From: Candidatus Latescibacterota bacterium
GTDB taxonomy: Bacteria > Latescibacterota > UBA2968 > UBA8231
Direction of reading: 5' to 3'
Assembly (NCBI GenBank): GCA_965217585.1
Contig: OZ244561.1
Location: 1,760,001 to 1,824,000 of the forward strand
DNA length: 64,000 bases
The notes under the pieces are model-generated. The model had not been told where the DNA came from. It saw only the letters and a program-made list of their open reading frames with translations, and did no database searches. The translations under genes were made by a program, and so were the position numbers. How positions within the stretch are numbered: position 1 is the stretch's first letter; each line of letters opens with the position of its first letter. Positions 10,594 through 20,598 of this stretch are shown piece by piece.

Positions 10594-10644
10594 GCCGCCT
10601 TGCGACTCCGTCGATGATGCCCGCCGACGGAGTCGCAAGGCGGC
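10594..10644. terminator. Perfect 20-bp inverted repeat downstream of katG
   Basis: gccgccttgcgactccgtcg (10594-10613), 11-nt loop, cgacggagtcgcaaggcggc (10625-10644); no U-tract. Confidence 0.55.
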
Positions 10645-10718
10645 AACCCAAGGCAAAACAACCGGATACGACGCAAAATTCTTTGGCGGCCCCAAGGTCG
10701 CGCTCTTCGAGTCCCACT

Positions 10719-11807
10719 ATGGCCCATCGTCTCCGCATCCTCTTCCTCGCCCGCCGCTACCCGCCCACCATCGGCGGTATCCAGACCCACTGTCACGCGC
10801 TCTATACCCGACTGGCCAACCAAGCCCAAGTCCGCCTCATCGCGCTGGGCCGCCAGTCGCTTCTGCACCTAATTTGGTTCCTCCCCTATTGCTTTGTGGT
10901 CGCCTTTTGGGCCGTGCTCGGCCGCCGCGTCGATGCCGTGTACTTTGCCGACGGGGTCGCCGCGTCGTTGGCTCCACTCCTGCGCCCTTTGGGTCCGGCG
11001 CGATTTGTCACCACCGTCTATGGCCTCGAAATGACCTACAAAAATCCCCTCGCGCGCGCGCTAATGCACTGGGGAGTCCGCGCCTGCGACAAGGTCGTCG
11101 TCATCAGCGAACACAGCCGCCGCATTACCGCTGCCAGCGGCGTCCCCGAGGCTAAGTTGGAAATCATCTATCTAGGGGTTGAACCCCTGGAGTTGGGACC
11201 AGACGAGTTGGAGGCGGTCAGAACGCGTTTTGAGCAGGAACACGGCCTGCGCTTTGGCCAAGACCGCATCCTACTGCTTTTCGGCCGCCAGGTTCCCCGC
11301 AAGGGCATGGTCGAATTTTTGGCAAAGGGGATGCCCCTGCTCGACGCGGATATTCGCCTCTTGATCTGCGGTCCTCCTGCAAGCGAAACCGCGCGCTTGC
11401 AGGAGTGCTGTCAATCGGGCCTAAAGGACCGCGTCGTCCTGCTCGGGCCAGTCCCCGACGATGTGCTGGCCATGCTGCGCACCAGTTGCGATCTTTTCCT
11501 CATGCCCAACCTCCACATCCCCGGCGATGTCGAAGGTTTCGGCCAGACCCAGCTCGAATGTATGTACGCTGGCACCCCGGCCGTGGCCTTTGCCGTCGAT
11601 GCCCTGACCGAGAGCGTGCGCGAAGGCGGCTTTCTCGTCGCCCCGGAAGATTACCCGGCCTTCGTCGCGCAGATCCATCGCTTCCTCGTCCTCGGCCCGG
11701 CGGAGCGCGCCGATCTAGGCCGCCATTGCCGAGCCTACGTGCGACGAGAATACGCTCAGGAAAGAATCGCCGCCCAATACATGGATCTCTTTACTGGAAA
11801 GGCCTAA
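10719..11807 (+). CDS. Glycosyltransferase family 4 (GT-B)
   Basis: RILFLARRYPPTIGGIQ, GRQVPRKG, DVEGFGQTQLE; start moved to ATG 10719. Confidence 0.9.
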   Translation: MAHRLRILFLARRYPPTIGGIQTHCHALYTRLANQAQVRLIALGRQSLLHLIWFLPYCFVVAFWAVLGRRVDAVYFADGVAASLAPLLRPLGPARFVTTVYGLEMTYKNPLARALMHWGVRACDKVVVISEHSRRITAASGVPEAKLEIIYLGVEPLELGPDELEAVRTRFEQEHGLRFGQDRILLLFGRQVPRKGMVEFLAKGMPLLDADIRLLICGPPASETARLQECCQSGLKDRVVLLGPVPDDVLAMLRTSCDLFLMPNLHIPGDVEGFGQTQLECMYAGTPAVAFAVDALTESVREGGFLVAPEDYPAFVAQIHRFLVLGPAERADLGRHCRAYVRREYAQERIAAQYMDLFTGKA

Positions 11808-11811
11808 CGCC

Positions 11812-12861
11812 GTGCACTTTACCGAACTCGACACCCCCGCCCTCTGCGTCGATCTCGACGTGTTAGAAAAAAACATCCGCGACTTGCAAAACGCCTGCGA
11901 CCAGCTCGAAATTGGCCTGCGCGTCCACACCAAGACCCACAAGACGCCGGCCATTGCGCGTATGCAAGTCGCCGCAGGGGCCATTGGCATCGTCAGCCAG
12001 AAGCTGGGCGAGGCCGAGGCCATGGCCGACGGGGGCATCCAAGACATCCTGATTCCCTACAACATCGTCGGCCAGCCCAAGCTAGCCCGCCTGACGCGCC
12101 TGATCCAAAGCGGCAAGAGCACCCTGACGCTCGCTGCCGACTCCGCGGTCACCGTTGATGGGCTGTCGCAGGCGGCCACGGCTGCTGGTTGCCGCATCCG
12201 CGTAATCGTCGAGATGGACAGCGGCAGCGGCCGCGTCGGCACCCAATCGCCCGCCGCCACCCTCGCGCTGGCCCAACACATCGACCAGCTCCCGGGGCTG
12301 GATTTTACCGGCGTTATGACCTATCCCAGCAGCGAGCGGGCGCGCCCTTTCCTCGACGAAGTGCGCGACCTAACGCACAACAGCGGCCTGCCGCTGCACA
12401 TCATCAGCGGTGGGGGCACCGGCAGCGAAACCATCTCCAAATCCCTCGGCTGCACCGAGACCCGCATCGGCTCGTACGCCTATGAGGGCATGACCCGCGT
12501 GGGCAAGCGCGAAGACCTCGACCCCACTCGCTGCCCATTGCGCTTGGTCGTCACCGTGGTCAGTACCTCCCGCCCGGGGCAAGCCATCGTCGATGCCGGT
12601 CAGAAGGCCTTCACCAGCTACCCGCCGACTCCTTATGGCTACTGCATCGAGCATCCCGAACTTTTCATCAAAGGCATGTCCGTCGAGCACGGCCACGTCG
12701 ATACCACCGCCGCAAATCGTCCCCCTAACGTCGGCGATATACTCTCTTTCATTCCCCTGCACGGCGGGATGACCACCAACCTCCACGACCGCCTCTTCGC
12801 CCTCCGCAACGGCGAGGTCGTCGAAGAATGGGCAGTCGCCGGCCGCGGCCGCGCCCAGTAG
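11812..12861 (+). CDS. PLP-dependent alanine-racemase-fold enzyme (D-threonine aldolase/DSD1 family)
   Basis: LDTPALCVD, RVHTKTHK, SGGGT, DAGQKA, SVEHGH. Confidence 0.88.
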   Translation: MHFTELDTPALCVDLDVLEKNIRDLQNACDQLEIGLRVHTKTHKTPAIARMQVAAGAIGIVSQKLGEAEAMADGGIQDILIPYNIVGQPKLARLTRLIQSGKSTLTLAADSAVTVDGLSQAATAAGCRIRVIVEMDSGSGRVGTQSPAATLALAQHIDQLPGLDFTGVMTYPSSERARPFLDEVRDLTHNSGLPLHIISGGGTGSETISKSLGCTETRIGSYAYEGMTRVGKREDLDPTRCPLRLVVTVVSTSRPGQAIVDAGQKAFTSYPPTPYGYCIEHPELFIKGMSVEHGHVDTTAANRPPNVGDILSFIPLHGGMTTNLHDRLFALRNGEVVEEWAVAGRGRAQ

Positions 12862-12883
12862 GGGCAACCCGCGTGGTTGCCCT
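12858..12883 (+). repeat. GTAG-type REP-like palindrome
   Basis: GTAG-GGGCAACC-CGCGT-GGTTGCCC overlapping the upstream TAG stop. Confidence 0.55.
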
Positions 12884-12934
12884 CCGCCGACTTAGAAGCC
12901 CGACATTACCCCTTTTCCACACCGGAAGGACCCC

Positions 12935-13807
12935 ATGGAAATCCAACCCCAACCACAGATATTCGACGTCGATGAGCAAAACTTTGAAGAGCTGGTCCTT
13001 CAAGGCTCGCAGGAGCGCGTCATCGTCGTCGATTTTTGGGCCCCTTGGTGCGGCCCTTGCAAAACCCTAGGCCCCATCCTCGAAGACGTCGTCGCGGCGC
13101 TTGGCCCCGGCGTGGCTCTAGCCAAGATCAACGTCGATGAAAACCAGCAGCTCGCCACGGCCTTTCGGGTCCAAGGCATTCCCGCGGTCAAAATTGTCAA
13201 GGACGGCCAGCTAGCCCAGGAATTCACCGGCGCTCTGCCGAGGGAGCAGATCGAGGCCATTCTCCGCCCCTTGGTCTTCGATGCGCCCATCCCCGAAGCC
13301 CAAGTGGTTGACCAGGCCGACGACTTAGCGGCCATCGGCGACTTCGACGCGGCCGCGCGCCAGTACGAGAACATGCTTGAGGAAAATCCTACCGACGGCC
13401 CCGCCCTCCTCGGCCTAGCGAAGATCCACCTAGAGCAGGGCCGTTTCGAGACCGTGCAAGAGCTGGTCAATCTAGTCGAGGAAGACACCCCCGAACACCC
13501 GCAGGCCCAGGCGCTGCTCACCCAGATCGAGTTTGCCCACCAATGCCAGCAGGCCGGGGGGCGCGCTGCCTGCGCCCAGCGGATGCTCAGTCAGCCAGAC
13601 GACCAAGAGGCCCGCTACCTATTGGCCTGTTGCGCAGCCTTTGAGGGCGACTACGAAACCGCGTTGCAGGAATGGCTACAGGTCGTGGGGAAAAAACCGC
13701 ACGGCGACCAAGCCAAGGACGCCATGGTCGCCGTTTTCCATCTACTCGGCCGCGACAATCCGCTGGTGGCCGACTATCAGCGCAAGCTCTATCAAACCCT
13801 GTACTGA
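12935..13807 (+). CDS. cnoX: Thioredoxin-TPR chaperedoxin (YbbN/CnoX family)
   Basis: VDFWAPWCGPCK thioredoxin domain, TPR repeats, C-terminal YQRKLYQTLY. Confidence 0.88.
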   Translation: MEIQPQPQIFDVDEQNFEELVLQGSQERVIVVDFWAPWCGPCKTLGPILEDVVAALGPGVALAKINVDENQQLATAFRVQGIPAVKIVKDGQLAQEFTGALPREQIEAILRPLVFDAPIPEAQVVDQADDLAAIGDFDAAARQYENMLEENPTDGPALLGLAKIHLEQGRFETVQELVNLVEEDTPEHPQAQALLTQIEFAHQCQQAGGRAACAQRMLSQPDDQEARYLLACCAAFEGDYETALQEWLQVVGKKPHGDQAKDAMVAVFHLLGRDNPLVADYQRKLYQTLY

Positions 13808-13814
13808 GGACGCC

Positions 13815-14870
13815 ATGCAAATTACCCGCCTCGAACGCACCGTCTGTTGCGTGCCCTTCCTCCCGGGCATCCTGCCCCCGCCCGAGTACGACGAGCCTGC
13901 GCCGGGCTATCCCGAACCGCTCTCGGCGCGGCGTCAAGACGTCCTCAGGATCCACACCGACCAAGGACTAACCGGCCTCGGCATGAGCGGACCGTACTAC
14001 GGCGACCACGCAGAGCAACCGCCCGACCTGATCGGCAAAGACCCCAACACCTTTGAGCCACGCACTTTGCGCGGCGGTAGCTGGAACATTGCCCTCCTCG
14101 ACCTGATCGGCAAAACGATCGGCTGGCCGCTGTGCCGCATTTTCGGCGGCAGGCTACAAGACAAGGTACTGGTTGACTACTGGATCAGTCGGATGAGCAC
14201 CACGGATACCGCCCGCGCGGCCCAACGCGCCGCCGAGCTGGGTTTCCACGGCATCAAAATGAAGTGCAAGTGGGAAGATGCCAATATGGAGGACCGGGTC
14301 CGCGCCAGCCTCGAAGTTGCGCCGCACTTGCGGATGGTCCTAGACTTCAACGAGCGCCTCTACAATCTCAACAACGCGCTCGACCTAGCCCGCCGTCTCG
14401 ACGGACTCGACGTGGTCCTCGAAGATCCCCTCCCCAAAACCGATCTCAACGAATATCGCCGCCTTAAGGGAGAGACCAGCGTCCTCGTCGCCCCGCACTT
14501 CCAGAACCCCCGTCAGATCATCGACGCAGTGCATCTTGAAGCGGTTGACGCCTTCAACGTCGCCCCCTCGGATTGGGATTTTCTCGACATGGCGCGCATC
14601 GCCGCAAGCGGGGACATTCCCGTGTGGCAAGCCTCCAATGTCGATCTGGGGATTTTCGACGCCTTCCGCCTCCACGCCTCGGCCGCCGCGCCCAACTGCA
14701 CCTTTGGCTCCGACCTCTGCGGCAACTTCGTCCACGAGCACAGCCTGCTCAAAGAGCCGCTGGTCCAAGACGGCTACGCCATCGTGCCCACCGGCCCGGG
14801 TTTGGGCGTGGAATTGGACGAGGACGCCGTCGCCCGCTATGCCATCTCCGCGCAGCAGTGGCCCGGCTAG
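13815..14870 (+). CDS. Mandelate racemase/muconate lactonizing enzyme (enolase superfamily)
   Basis: GFHGIKMK, DFNE, LEDP, VPTGPGLGVELDE; ATG 13815 with GAGGA RBS. Confidence 0.88.
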   Translation: MQITRLERTVCCVPFLPGILPPPEYDEPAPGYPEPLSARRQDVLRIHTDQGLTGLGMSGPYYGDHAEQPPDLIGKDPNTFEPRTLRGGSWNIALLDLIGKTIGWPLCRIFGGRLQDKVLVDYWISRMSTTDTARAAQRAAELGFHGIKMKCKWEDANMEDRVRASLEVAPHLRMVLDFNERLYNLNNALDLARRLDGLDVVLEDPLPKTDLNEYRRLKGETSVLVAPHFQNPRQIIDAVHLEAVDAFNVAPSDWDFLDMARIAASGDIPVWQASNVDLGIFDAFRLHASAAAPNCTFGSDLCGNFVHEHSLLKEPLVQDGYAIVPTGPGLGVELDEDAVARYAISAQQWPG

Positions 14871-15637
14871 GCCGGGACCAGCGCCTGTGCGCCAAAGATC
14901 ATCGGATAGCCTGCGCCCGTGTGCACGGAACGCGCGGCCCCGTCCATATAGGCGATGCTAAAGGCGCGGCGCGACTGACCCGTCGGGTTGATTCCCGAGC
15001 GGTGCAGCAGCAGGTTGTTGAGCAAAATCGCCTCGCCGGCCTCGGCTTCGAGGTCGATTTCCGCTCCCGGCGGCGCGCATTCGGCTAGCTGCTCTGCCGA
15101 AGGAAAGTGCCTTTCAGTGATCACCCCGCGCTTGTGGCTGCCGGGCACGATCTGCATACAGCCGTTTGCGACCATCGCCGGGTCGATCGCGGTCCACACC
15201 GTGATCGTCGGATTGTAACCTACGCCCCAACCCACGCCCACATCCTGGTGCCAAGGCAATATCGTGCCCTTTTCCGCCGGCTTGTTCATAAACATCGCCC
15301 GGAAGATCGACACGTCCTCGCCGATATAGCGCCGGGTAATCTGGCGGAAAAGAGGGTGCTGCATGTAGGCGAGATAGACGGGGTCCTGCTCCAAACCCAT
15401 GATCTTGCGGTACTGGAGCGTGGCCCCCTTGTGGCCGGGAGAGACGGTGGGCATCTTCGCGTAGTCGGCGTCCTCCCCGTCGAGTTGAAACTCCATCTCC
15501 GGGTAGGGGATCTCGCCGAGCATGATCTCGTCGATGCGCTGCCGTAATTCCGCCAGTTCCGCCTCGTCGAGTACTTTGCCGAGCCGCGCGTACCCGTGCT
15601 CCTCAAAGTGGGCGTGGTGTTCGTCGCTGTATTTCAT
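14867..15637 (-). CDS. PhyH family dioxygenase
   Basis: FEEHGY, LPWHQD, NGCMQIVPGSH, LLHRS...RRA. Confidence 0.92.
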   Translation of the reverse strand: MKYSDEHHAHFEEHGYARLGKVLDEAELAELRQRIDEIMLGEIPYPEMEFQLDGEDADYAKMPTVSPGHKGATLQYRKIMGLEQDPVYLAYMQHPLFRQITRRYIGEDVSIFRAMFMNKPAEKGTILPWHQDVGVGWGVGYNPTITVWTAIDPAMVANGCMQIVPGSHKRGVITERHFPSAEQLAECAPPGAEIDLEAEAGEAILLNNLLLHRSGINPTGQSRRAFSIAYMDGAARSVHTGAGYPMIFGAQALVPA

Positions 15638-15743
15638 TAGCTACTCCCTTCGTTTCCCTAGAAATCAGCAATGTTCTCCCCTGTGTCAAATTTTCCTACC
15701 TTTCTACCCGCTCGTCCGCTCCGTTCCAAACGAGGAATCCACC

Positions 15744-16580
15744 ATGTCCACAGACCACACGCCCTTTCCCGCGTTGACCCCGTCCCAACGCCTACACCTC
15801 GAAATCTATGGCTATGTCGTCCTCGAAAAGCTCCTGACCGAGGCCGAAGTCGCCGCGCTCCTAGAAGTTATCTACCGGACCGAAGCCGATTTTCAGCGCA
15901 CGGGTCAACTCCCCGGAGCAAACTGCCATTTGTCCAGTTCGACCCAGGAATTTTTCCGCATCGACAACCTTCCCCATCTAGATCCGTGCTTCTACGAATA
16001 TCTGACCCATCCTAGAATTCTGGGGATGGCCGAGGAGATCGTCGGCGGCACGGTCCGCCTAGAGCAATCAGACGCCCATATCCGGCGGCCGGGTGGAGAG
16101 CAAAAGTATGGCTTCCATCGGGGCATCAACCCCGCCTATGCCCACACCGGCAACGGCCTCTATCACTTCTCCTTTGTCAAGACGCTCACCAATCTCACCG
16201 AGCTCGGCCCCGACGACGGCGGCACCACCGTCATCCCCGGAACCCACAAAATCCCCCAAGAAGTTGACAACCAAGCGATCATCGCTGCCGCCTTGGCCGA
16301 CCCCGCGCTCATCCACCAAGTCGAAGCACCGGCTGGATCGACGCTGCTTTTTTACGAATCGCTGATGCACTCCTCCGGCATCATCCGCTCGCAACGGGAC
16401 CGCGTCTTGATCCTCGGCGGCTACACTCCGACGATGTTCCAAGCGTGGAACGGCTACGACCCCGACCCCGAATTCGTCGCCGGCTTACCCGCGGAACGGG
16501 CCGCCTTGCTCACCGGCGGAACCAAATACGGCTGGCAACGCAAACTGCGCGATTTAGCCGTACCCGCGGAGACGGTTTAA
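15744..16580 (+). CDS. PhyH family dioxygenase
   Basis: LEIYGYVVL, FHRG, GGTTVIPGTHK, LMHS; ATG 15744 with GAGGA RBS. Confidence 0.85.
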   Translation: MSTDHTPFPALTPSQRLHLEIYGYVVLEKLLTEAEVAALLEVIYRTEADFQRTGQLPGANCHLSSSTQEFFRIDNLPHLDPCFYEYLTHPRILGMAEEIVGGTVRLEQSDAHIRRPGGEQKYGFHRGINPAYAHTGNGLYHFSFVKTLTNLTELGPDDGGTTVIPGTHKIPQEVDNQAIIAAALADPALIHQVEAPAGSTLLFYESLMHSSGIIRSQRDRVLILGGYTPTMFQAWNGYDPDPEFVAGLPAERAALLTGGTKYGWQRKLRDLAVPAETV

Positions 16581-16597
16581 ACGGCGAAGGAATTCAC

Positions 16598-18346
16598 ATG
16601 CGATACGGAAGCCAAACGCGGATTTGGTGCTCTTGGTTTTGTTGCGCTTTGCTCTTAGCGTGCGGTGGTGCCGAAGACCAAGCACAACAAGAGCTAAGTG
16701 TGCGGCAAGTCCCGCGCGACCGGACGCTGATCCTCGGACTGACCCAGATGCTGGACTACGACGCCTTCAACCCCTATATCCCCGGCACGGGGTCTGCGAC
16801 AGGAACCAATTTCCTCTTCGAGCCGCTCTATTACTACAATGCCTATCGCGAAGAAAACAATCTCATCCCCTGGATCGCGAAGAGCCACCAATACAACGAG
16901 GACTACACCGAAGTCACCATCAAAATCCGCGACGGGGTCCAGTGGAGCGACGGCATGCCGTGGACGGCGCGCGACTTGGTCTTCACCATCAATATGCTCA
17001 AGGCCAACGCGCCGGAGTTGCTGCTGTCCACCGACATGGAAACCTGGGTCGCCGAGGCTGTGGCCGTGGACGAGCTGACAGCGCGCATCACACTGCGGGC
17101 ATCCAATCCAAGATTTCTGTTTTCGTACTTCACCGATTGTTTCGGCAATGGGGCCCGCATCGTCCCCGAGCACATCTGGAAAGACCAAGACCCCAAGACC
17201 TTCAAAAACCTCGATCTAGCCAAGGACTGGCCAGTGGTCAGCGGGCCTTATCGCCTGGCGATCGCCGCTCCCGAACAGCGGGTTTGGGATCTGCGGCCGG
17301 ACTGGTGGGCGGTTGGATTGGGATTCCAGAGACTACCCAAGGTGGAGCGCATCATCTACCTGCCCTTCGGCAATGAAGCCAAGTGGTCCCAGCAACTCTT
17401 GGCCAACGAGATCGATTCGAGCATCGACTTGCGCCCCGTCAACATCAAAACCGTTCTCGAGCAAAACCCCAACATCTCCACTTGGACAGGCAGAGAAGCA
17501 CCGTACGGCTATCTGGATTGGTGGCCGTTGTCTTTGGGTTTCAACAATCTCGAAGAACCCTTCAGCGACCCGGAAATTCGCTGGGCCATCAACTACGCGA
17601 TCAATCGCGCCCAAGTAGTGGACGTAGGTTGGCAGGGGGCGGGCACGTTCACGCTCCATCCCTATCCCGAATTTCCCCCGCTGATGCGCTATATCGACCA
17701 GATCCAAGATCTTTTCGCTCAATATCAGCTAAATACCTACGACCCGGCCCGCACGGCGGAGATCATGCAGCGCAAGGGGTGGCACAAGGACGAGGACGGG
17801 TTTTGGAGCAAGGACGGGACGCGCCTTAAGATAGTGGTCGATGTCTTTCCCAACCTTTTCCAGGACTTCACGCCGGTGCTGATCGAACAATTGCGCCAAG
17901 CCGGTTTTGACGCCAGCTTCCGCGCCACCAACGACGCCTATACCCGCATGACCCAAGGCACGGCCCGGGCCTTTGTGATAGGACACGCGGCTTCGGTGCG
18001 AGATCCTTATTTCACCTTGCGCCTCTACCACAGTCGCTTCGTACAGCCGACGGGGACAGCGGCTGAGTACTTCTGGCGTTGGAAAAATGAAGAATTCGAC
18101 GCGATTGTCGATCGCATGGCCGAGGTCGCGCCGGACGACCCGGAGCTAGTCGCGCTCTTTCGCCAGGCGATGGATATCTGGTTCCGCGAACTGCCTTCGA
18201 TCCCCCTGATCCAGTGGTATCACCGGATTCCCCACAACGAAACCTATTGGAAAAATTGGCCCACGGCTGAAAACCCCTACGTCAACAGCGCCTACTGGCA
18301 CCGCACTTGGCTACTTGTCTTACTCAATTTAGAACCCACACAATAA
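16598..18346 (+). CDS. ABC transporter substrate-binding lipoprotein, family 5 (OppA/DppA-like)
   Basis: Lipobox LLAC; IRDGVQWSDGMPWTARDLVFT, SGPY, PFSDPEIRWAINYAINR. Confidence 0.92.
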   Translation: MRYGSQTRIWCSWFCCALLLACGGAEDQAQQELSVRQVPRDRTLILGLTQMLDYDAFNPYIPGTGSATGTNFLFEPLYYYNAYREENNLIPWIAKSHQYNEDYTEVTIKIRDGVQWSDGMPWTARDLVFTINMLKANAPELLLSTDMETWVAEAVAVDELTARITLRASNPRFLFSYFTDCFGNGARIVPEHIWKDQDPKTFKNLDLAKDWPVVSGPYRLAIAAPEQRVWDLRPDWWAVGLGFQRLPKVERIIYLPFGNEAKWSQQLLANEIDSSIDLRPVNIKTVLEQNPNISTWTGREAPYGYLDWWPLSLGFNNLEEPFSDPEIRWAINYAINRAQVVDVGWQGAGTFTLHPYPEFPPLMRYIDQIQDLFAQYQLNTYDPARTAEIMQRKGWHKDEDGFWSKDGTRLKIVVDVFPNLFQDFTPVLIEQLRQAGFDASFRATNDAYTRMTQGTARAFVIGHAASVRDPYFTLRLYHSRFVQPTGTAAEYFWRWKNEEFDAIVDRMAEVAPDDPELVALFRQAMDIWFRELPSIPLIQWYHRIPHNETYWKNWPTAENPYVNSAYWHRTWLLVLLNLEPTQ

Positions 18347-20592
18347 GGCCCGGATGTTCAAACGCCGCCTAGCATTGCCTTGGATTGCAAGTCCAACTAC
18401 ATCTGTTTACATTATTCGCAATATAAACATTGCAAAGAGTTACGTAGAACACCCCAACCTCGCAGTATTGGTTGCGACCGTCCACACAAATACGTACTTT
18501 CAGGCTGGAGAAGTAATACTTGGCGACCATTACCCGAACCAATTGTTCGGGTACAAGCAGATATATGACATGGGGAAATGCATCTTCCAAGCGCTACGCC
18601 ACCATATTCTACGGTTTTTAATCTTTAATTTAAAGTTTATCTGGCACAAATCTGACCCTATGTCAACACAAGCTAAACTGAAAGAGTGGATTATTAGATG
18701 ATCACATCAATAGAAATGACAAATTTCAAAGCATTTGATTATGCTTCGCTTGGTCTTGGATCAGTAAATATTCTCTTAGGACCAAACAATAGTGGTAAAT
18801 CATCTGTTATTGCCGCTCCAAGGATGCTAGTTCAAACCTTAGAGAGTTATGATAATGGAGCACCACTACTTCTTAATGGTGTCATGGGAGACTTTGGTAC
18901 TTTCAAAGATATTGTTCACGGAAACCACCGTGCGCGTCGAATTGAGCTAGGGTTGCAGTTGTCTCGAGAACCTTTGGATCCTGAAGAGGGTACTGAACAA
19001 GCTAATCAGAATCAGGACATTACACTCTCTCTCGCATACAAGTACAGAACTCAAAGGCGTGAATTAGTACTACAAGAGTTAAAAATGCTAGAAGGAAGCA
19101 GCAGCCTTTTAGAAACACACTATGGCCCTGACTCAGAACGACAATTGATTGATAGTGTCGGCGGTCGGCGAGTGCCTAATGCCCTAAAATCATCACTCTC
19201 AACGGGTCTGAGGCTTCATAATTTTATTCCTCATGTCTATACTTTTATGCTACGCAGAGCTGAAGAAGGACGTCTTGCCGAGTTTATAACAAAAACTACC
19301 GAGGATAAAATTCGGCGGATTAATATAATTGGCCGTTTTGTATATCAGCAACTTTCCAACTGCGAATATATGGGAGCACTAAGAACTCCTCCTGACCGCA
19401 CATATTTGATAACTGGTGAACGCAGAGGCAGAGTGGGTGCTGCTGGTGAGTATGCTTCTAATATACTAGCTCTTGACGCGATGCGTGGTAAAGGTCGAAA
19501 GCGGCAAATTAAGCAAATTTCCGAGTGGTTTATCAAGGCAGGTATGGCCACTGACATAGCTATCGTGGCCTTATCTGATCGACACTACGAGATCCGTTTT
19601 CAACACCCGATTACTCGTGAATATCAAAACTTTGCTGATGTGGGATATGGTCATAGTCAAGTATTACCCGTTCTAGTTGGAGGGTACAATGTCCGTCCTG
19701 GTTCAACTTATTTTATTGAGCAGCCTGAAATACACCTGCATCCTCGTGCCCAAGCTGAGCTAGGCGATTTTTTAGTAGATCTCAAGGAACGCAGGGTTCA
19801 AACTATAGTTGAAACTCATAGTGAGCATCTAGTTCTCAGATTACAGCAGCACGTAGCTTCAGGGCTTATATCGCCACAAGATATCAGATTTTTCTATGTT
19901 CATGCTAAGAACAAACGCAAATCCACACAAGAAATGTCTATCGATGAAAGAGGCGTCTTTGAGAATGATTGGCCAGAAGGTTTTTTCCCTGAGCGCCTTG
20001 CTGAAGCTACGGCAATTGCAAAACAACGTGCAAAACGGGATACTGAAGAATGACACAGATGCACGCAGTCATAGATGCAAACGTAGTTGTTGGTTATTTC
20101 AAAGAAACTGTTAAAGATGACACAAACGACTTAACGGCTTCCCCGACTTCATTATTTGAGAGCCTTGGTAGTCTTGTAATTTGTTATGTTGATGATGGTC
20201 GTCTTATTGAAGCTGAATGGCGTGGATCTGTTGACCCTGAGTGGTTTGATGCCTGGTATGGTGGTCTATTGATAGATGACAGCATTCGAACCACAAAGAC
20301 AGATAATTGCCGCGATCTAAAAGCACAACTCGCAGATTTAGGATTTCCTACAACTACTAGAGATTTCTGGTATTGCCGTGTAGGTGTAGCCGTATCAAAA
20401 AAAAATGAAAAAGCGCATCTTATAACCGAAGATCTTGACTTCTATGAACCGAGAGAAAAGGAATGTGGAGATGCCCGCCGCAAAAAATTGTTGTACCACT
20501 CTGCCGGTCAAGTTGCCAAACATTTGCGCCGAAAATCAGATATTGAGGTGATATGCGTAGATAATGCTTGCTCACTCTTAACTCAAATAAGG
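18342..20592. mobile_element. AT-rich inserted cassette bounded by 7-bp direct repeats (AATAAGG)
   Basis: AATAAGG at 18342-18348 and 20586-20592; sequence between them is abruptly AT-rich; no integrase inside. Confidence 0.6.
18698..20053 (+). CDS. ABC-type ATPase (AAA_15/AAA_21) with C-terminal DUF3696
   Basis: GPNNSGKSS, DVGYGHSQVLPVL, IEQPEIHLHP, ETHSEH, C-terminal IDERG...WPEGFF. Confidence 0.88.
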   Translation: MITSIEMTNFKAFDYASLGLGSVNILLGPNNSGKSSVIAAPRMLVQTLESYDNGAPLLLNGVMGDFGTFKDIVHGNHRARRIELGLQLSREPLDPEEGTEQANQNQDITLSLAYKYRTQRRELVLQELKMLEGSSSLLETHYGPDSERQLIDSVGGRRVPNALKSSLSTGLRLHNFIPHVYTFMLRRAEEGRLAEFITKTTEDKIRRINIIGRFVYQQLSNCEYMGALRTPPDRTYLITGERRGRVGAAGEYASNILALDAMRGKGRKRQIKQISEWFIKAGMATDIAIVALSDRHYEIRFQHPITREYQNFADVGYGHSQVLPVLVGGYNVRPGSTYFIEQPEIHLHPRAQAELGDFLVDLKERRVQTIVETHSEHLVLRLQQHVASGLISPQDIRFFYVHAKNKRKSTQEMSIDERGVFENDWPEGFFPERLAEATAIAKQRAKRDTEE

Positions 20593-20598
20593 ACTCCC
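20050..20598 (+). CDS. PIN-domain putative ribonuclease (no stop codon; in frame with downstream gene)
   Basis: AVIDANV, IEAEW, RDFWY, LITEDLDF form a PIN-like acidic set; ATGA overlap with the ATPase stop. Confidence 0.65.

Noticed and set aside
18354-18701. 115-aa ORF at the start of the AT-rich cassette
   Set aside because: No recognisable motif in the frames examined. It abuts the ATPase start, so a small third gene cannot be excluded.
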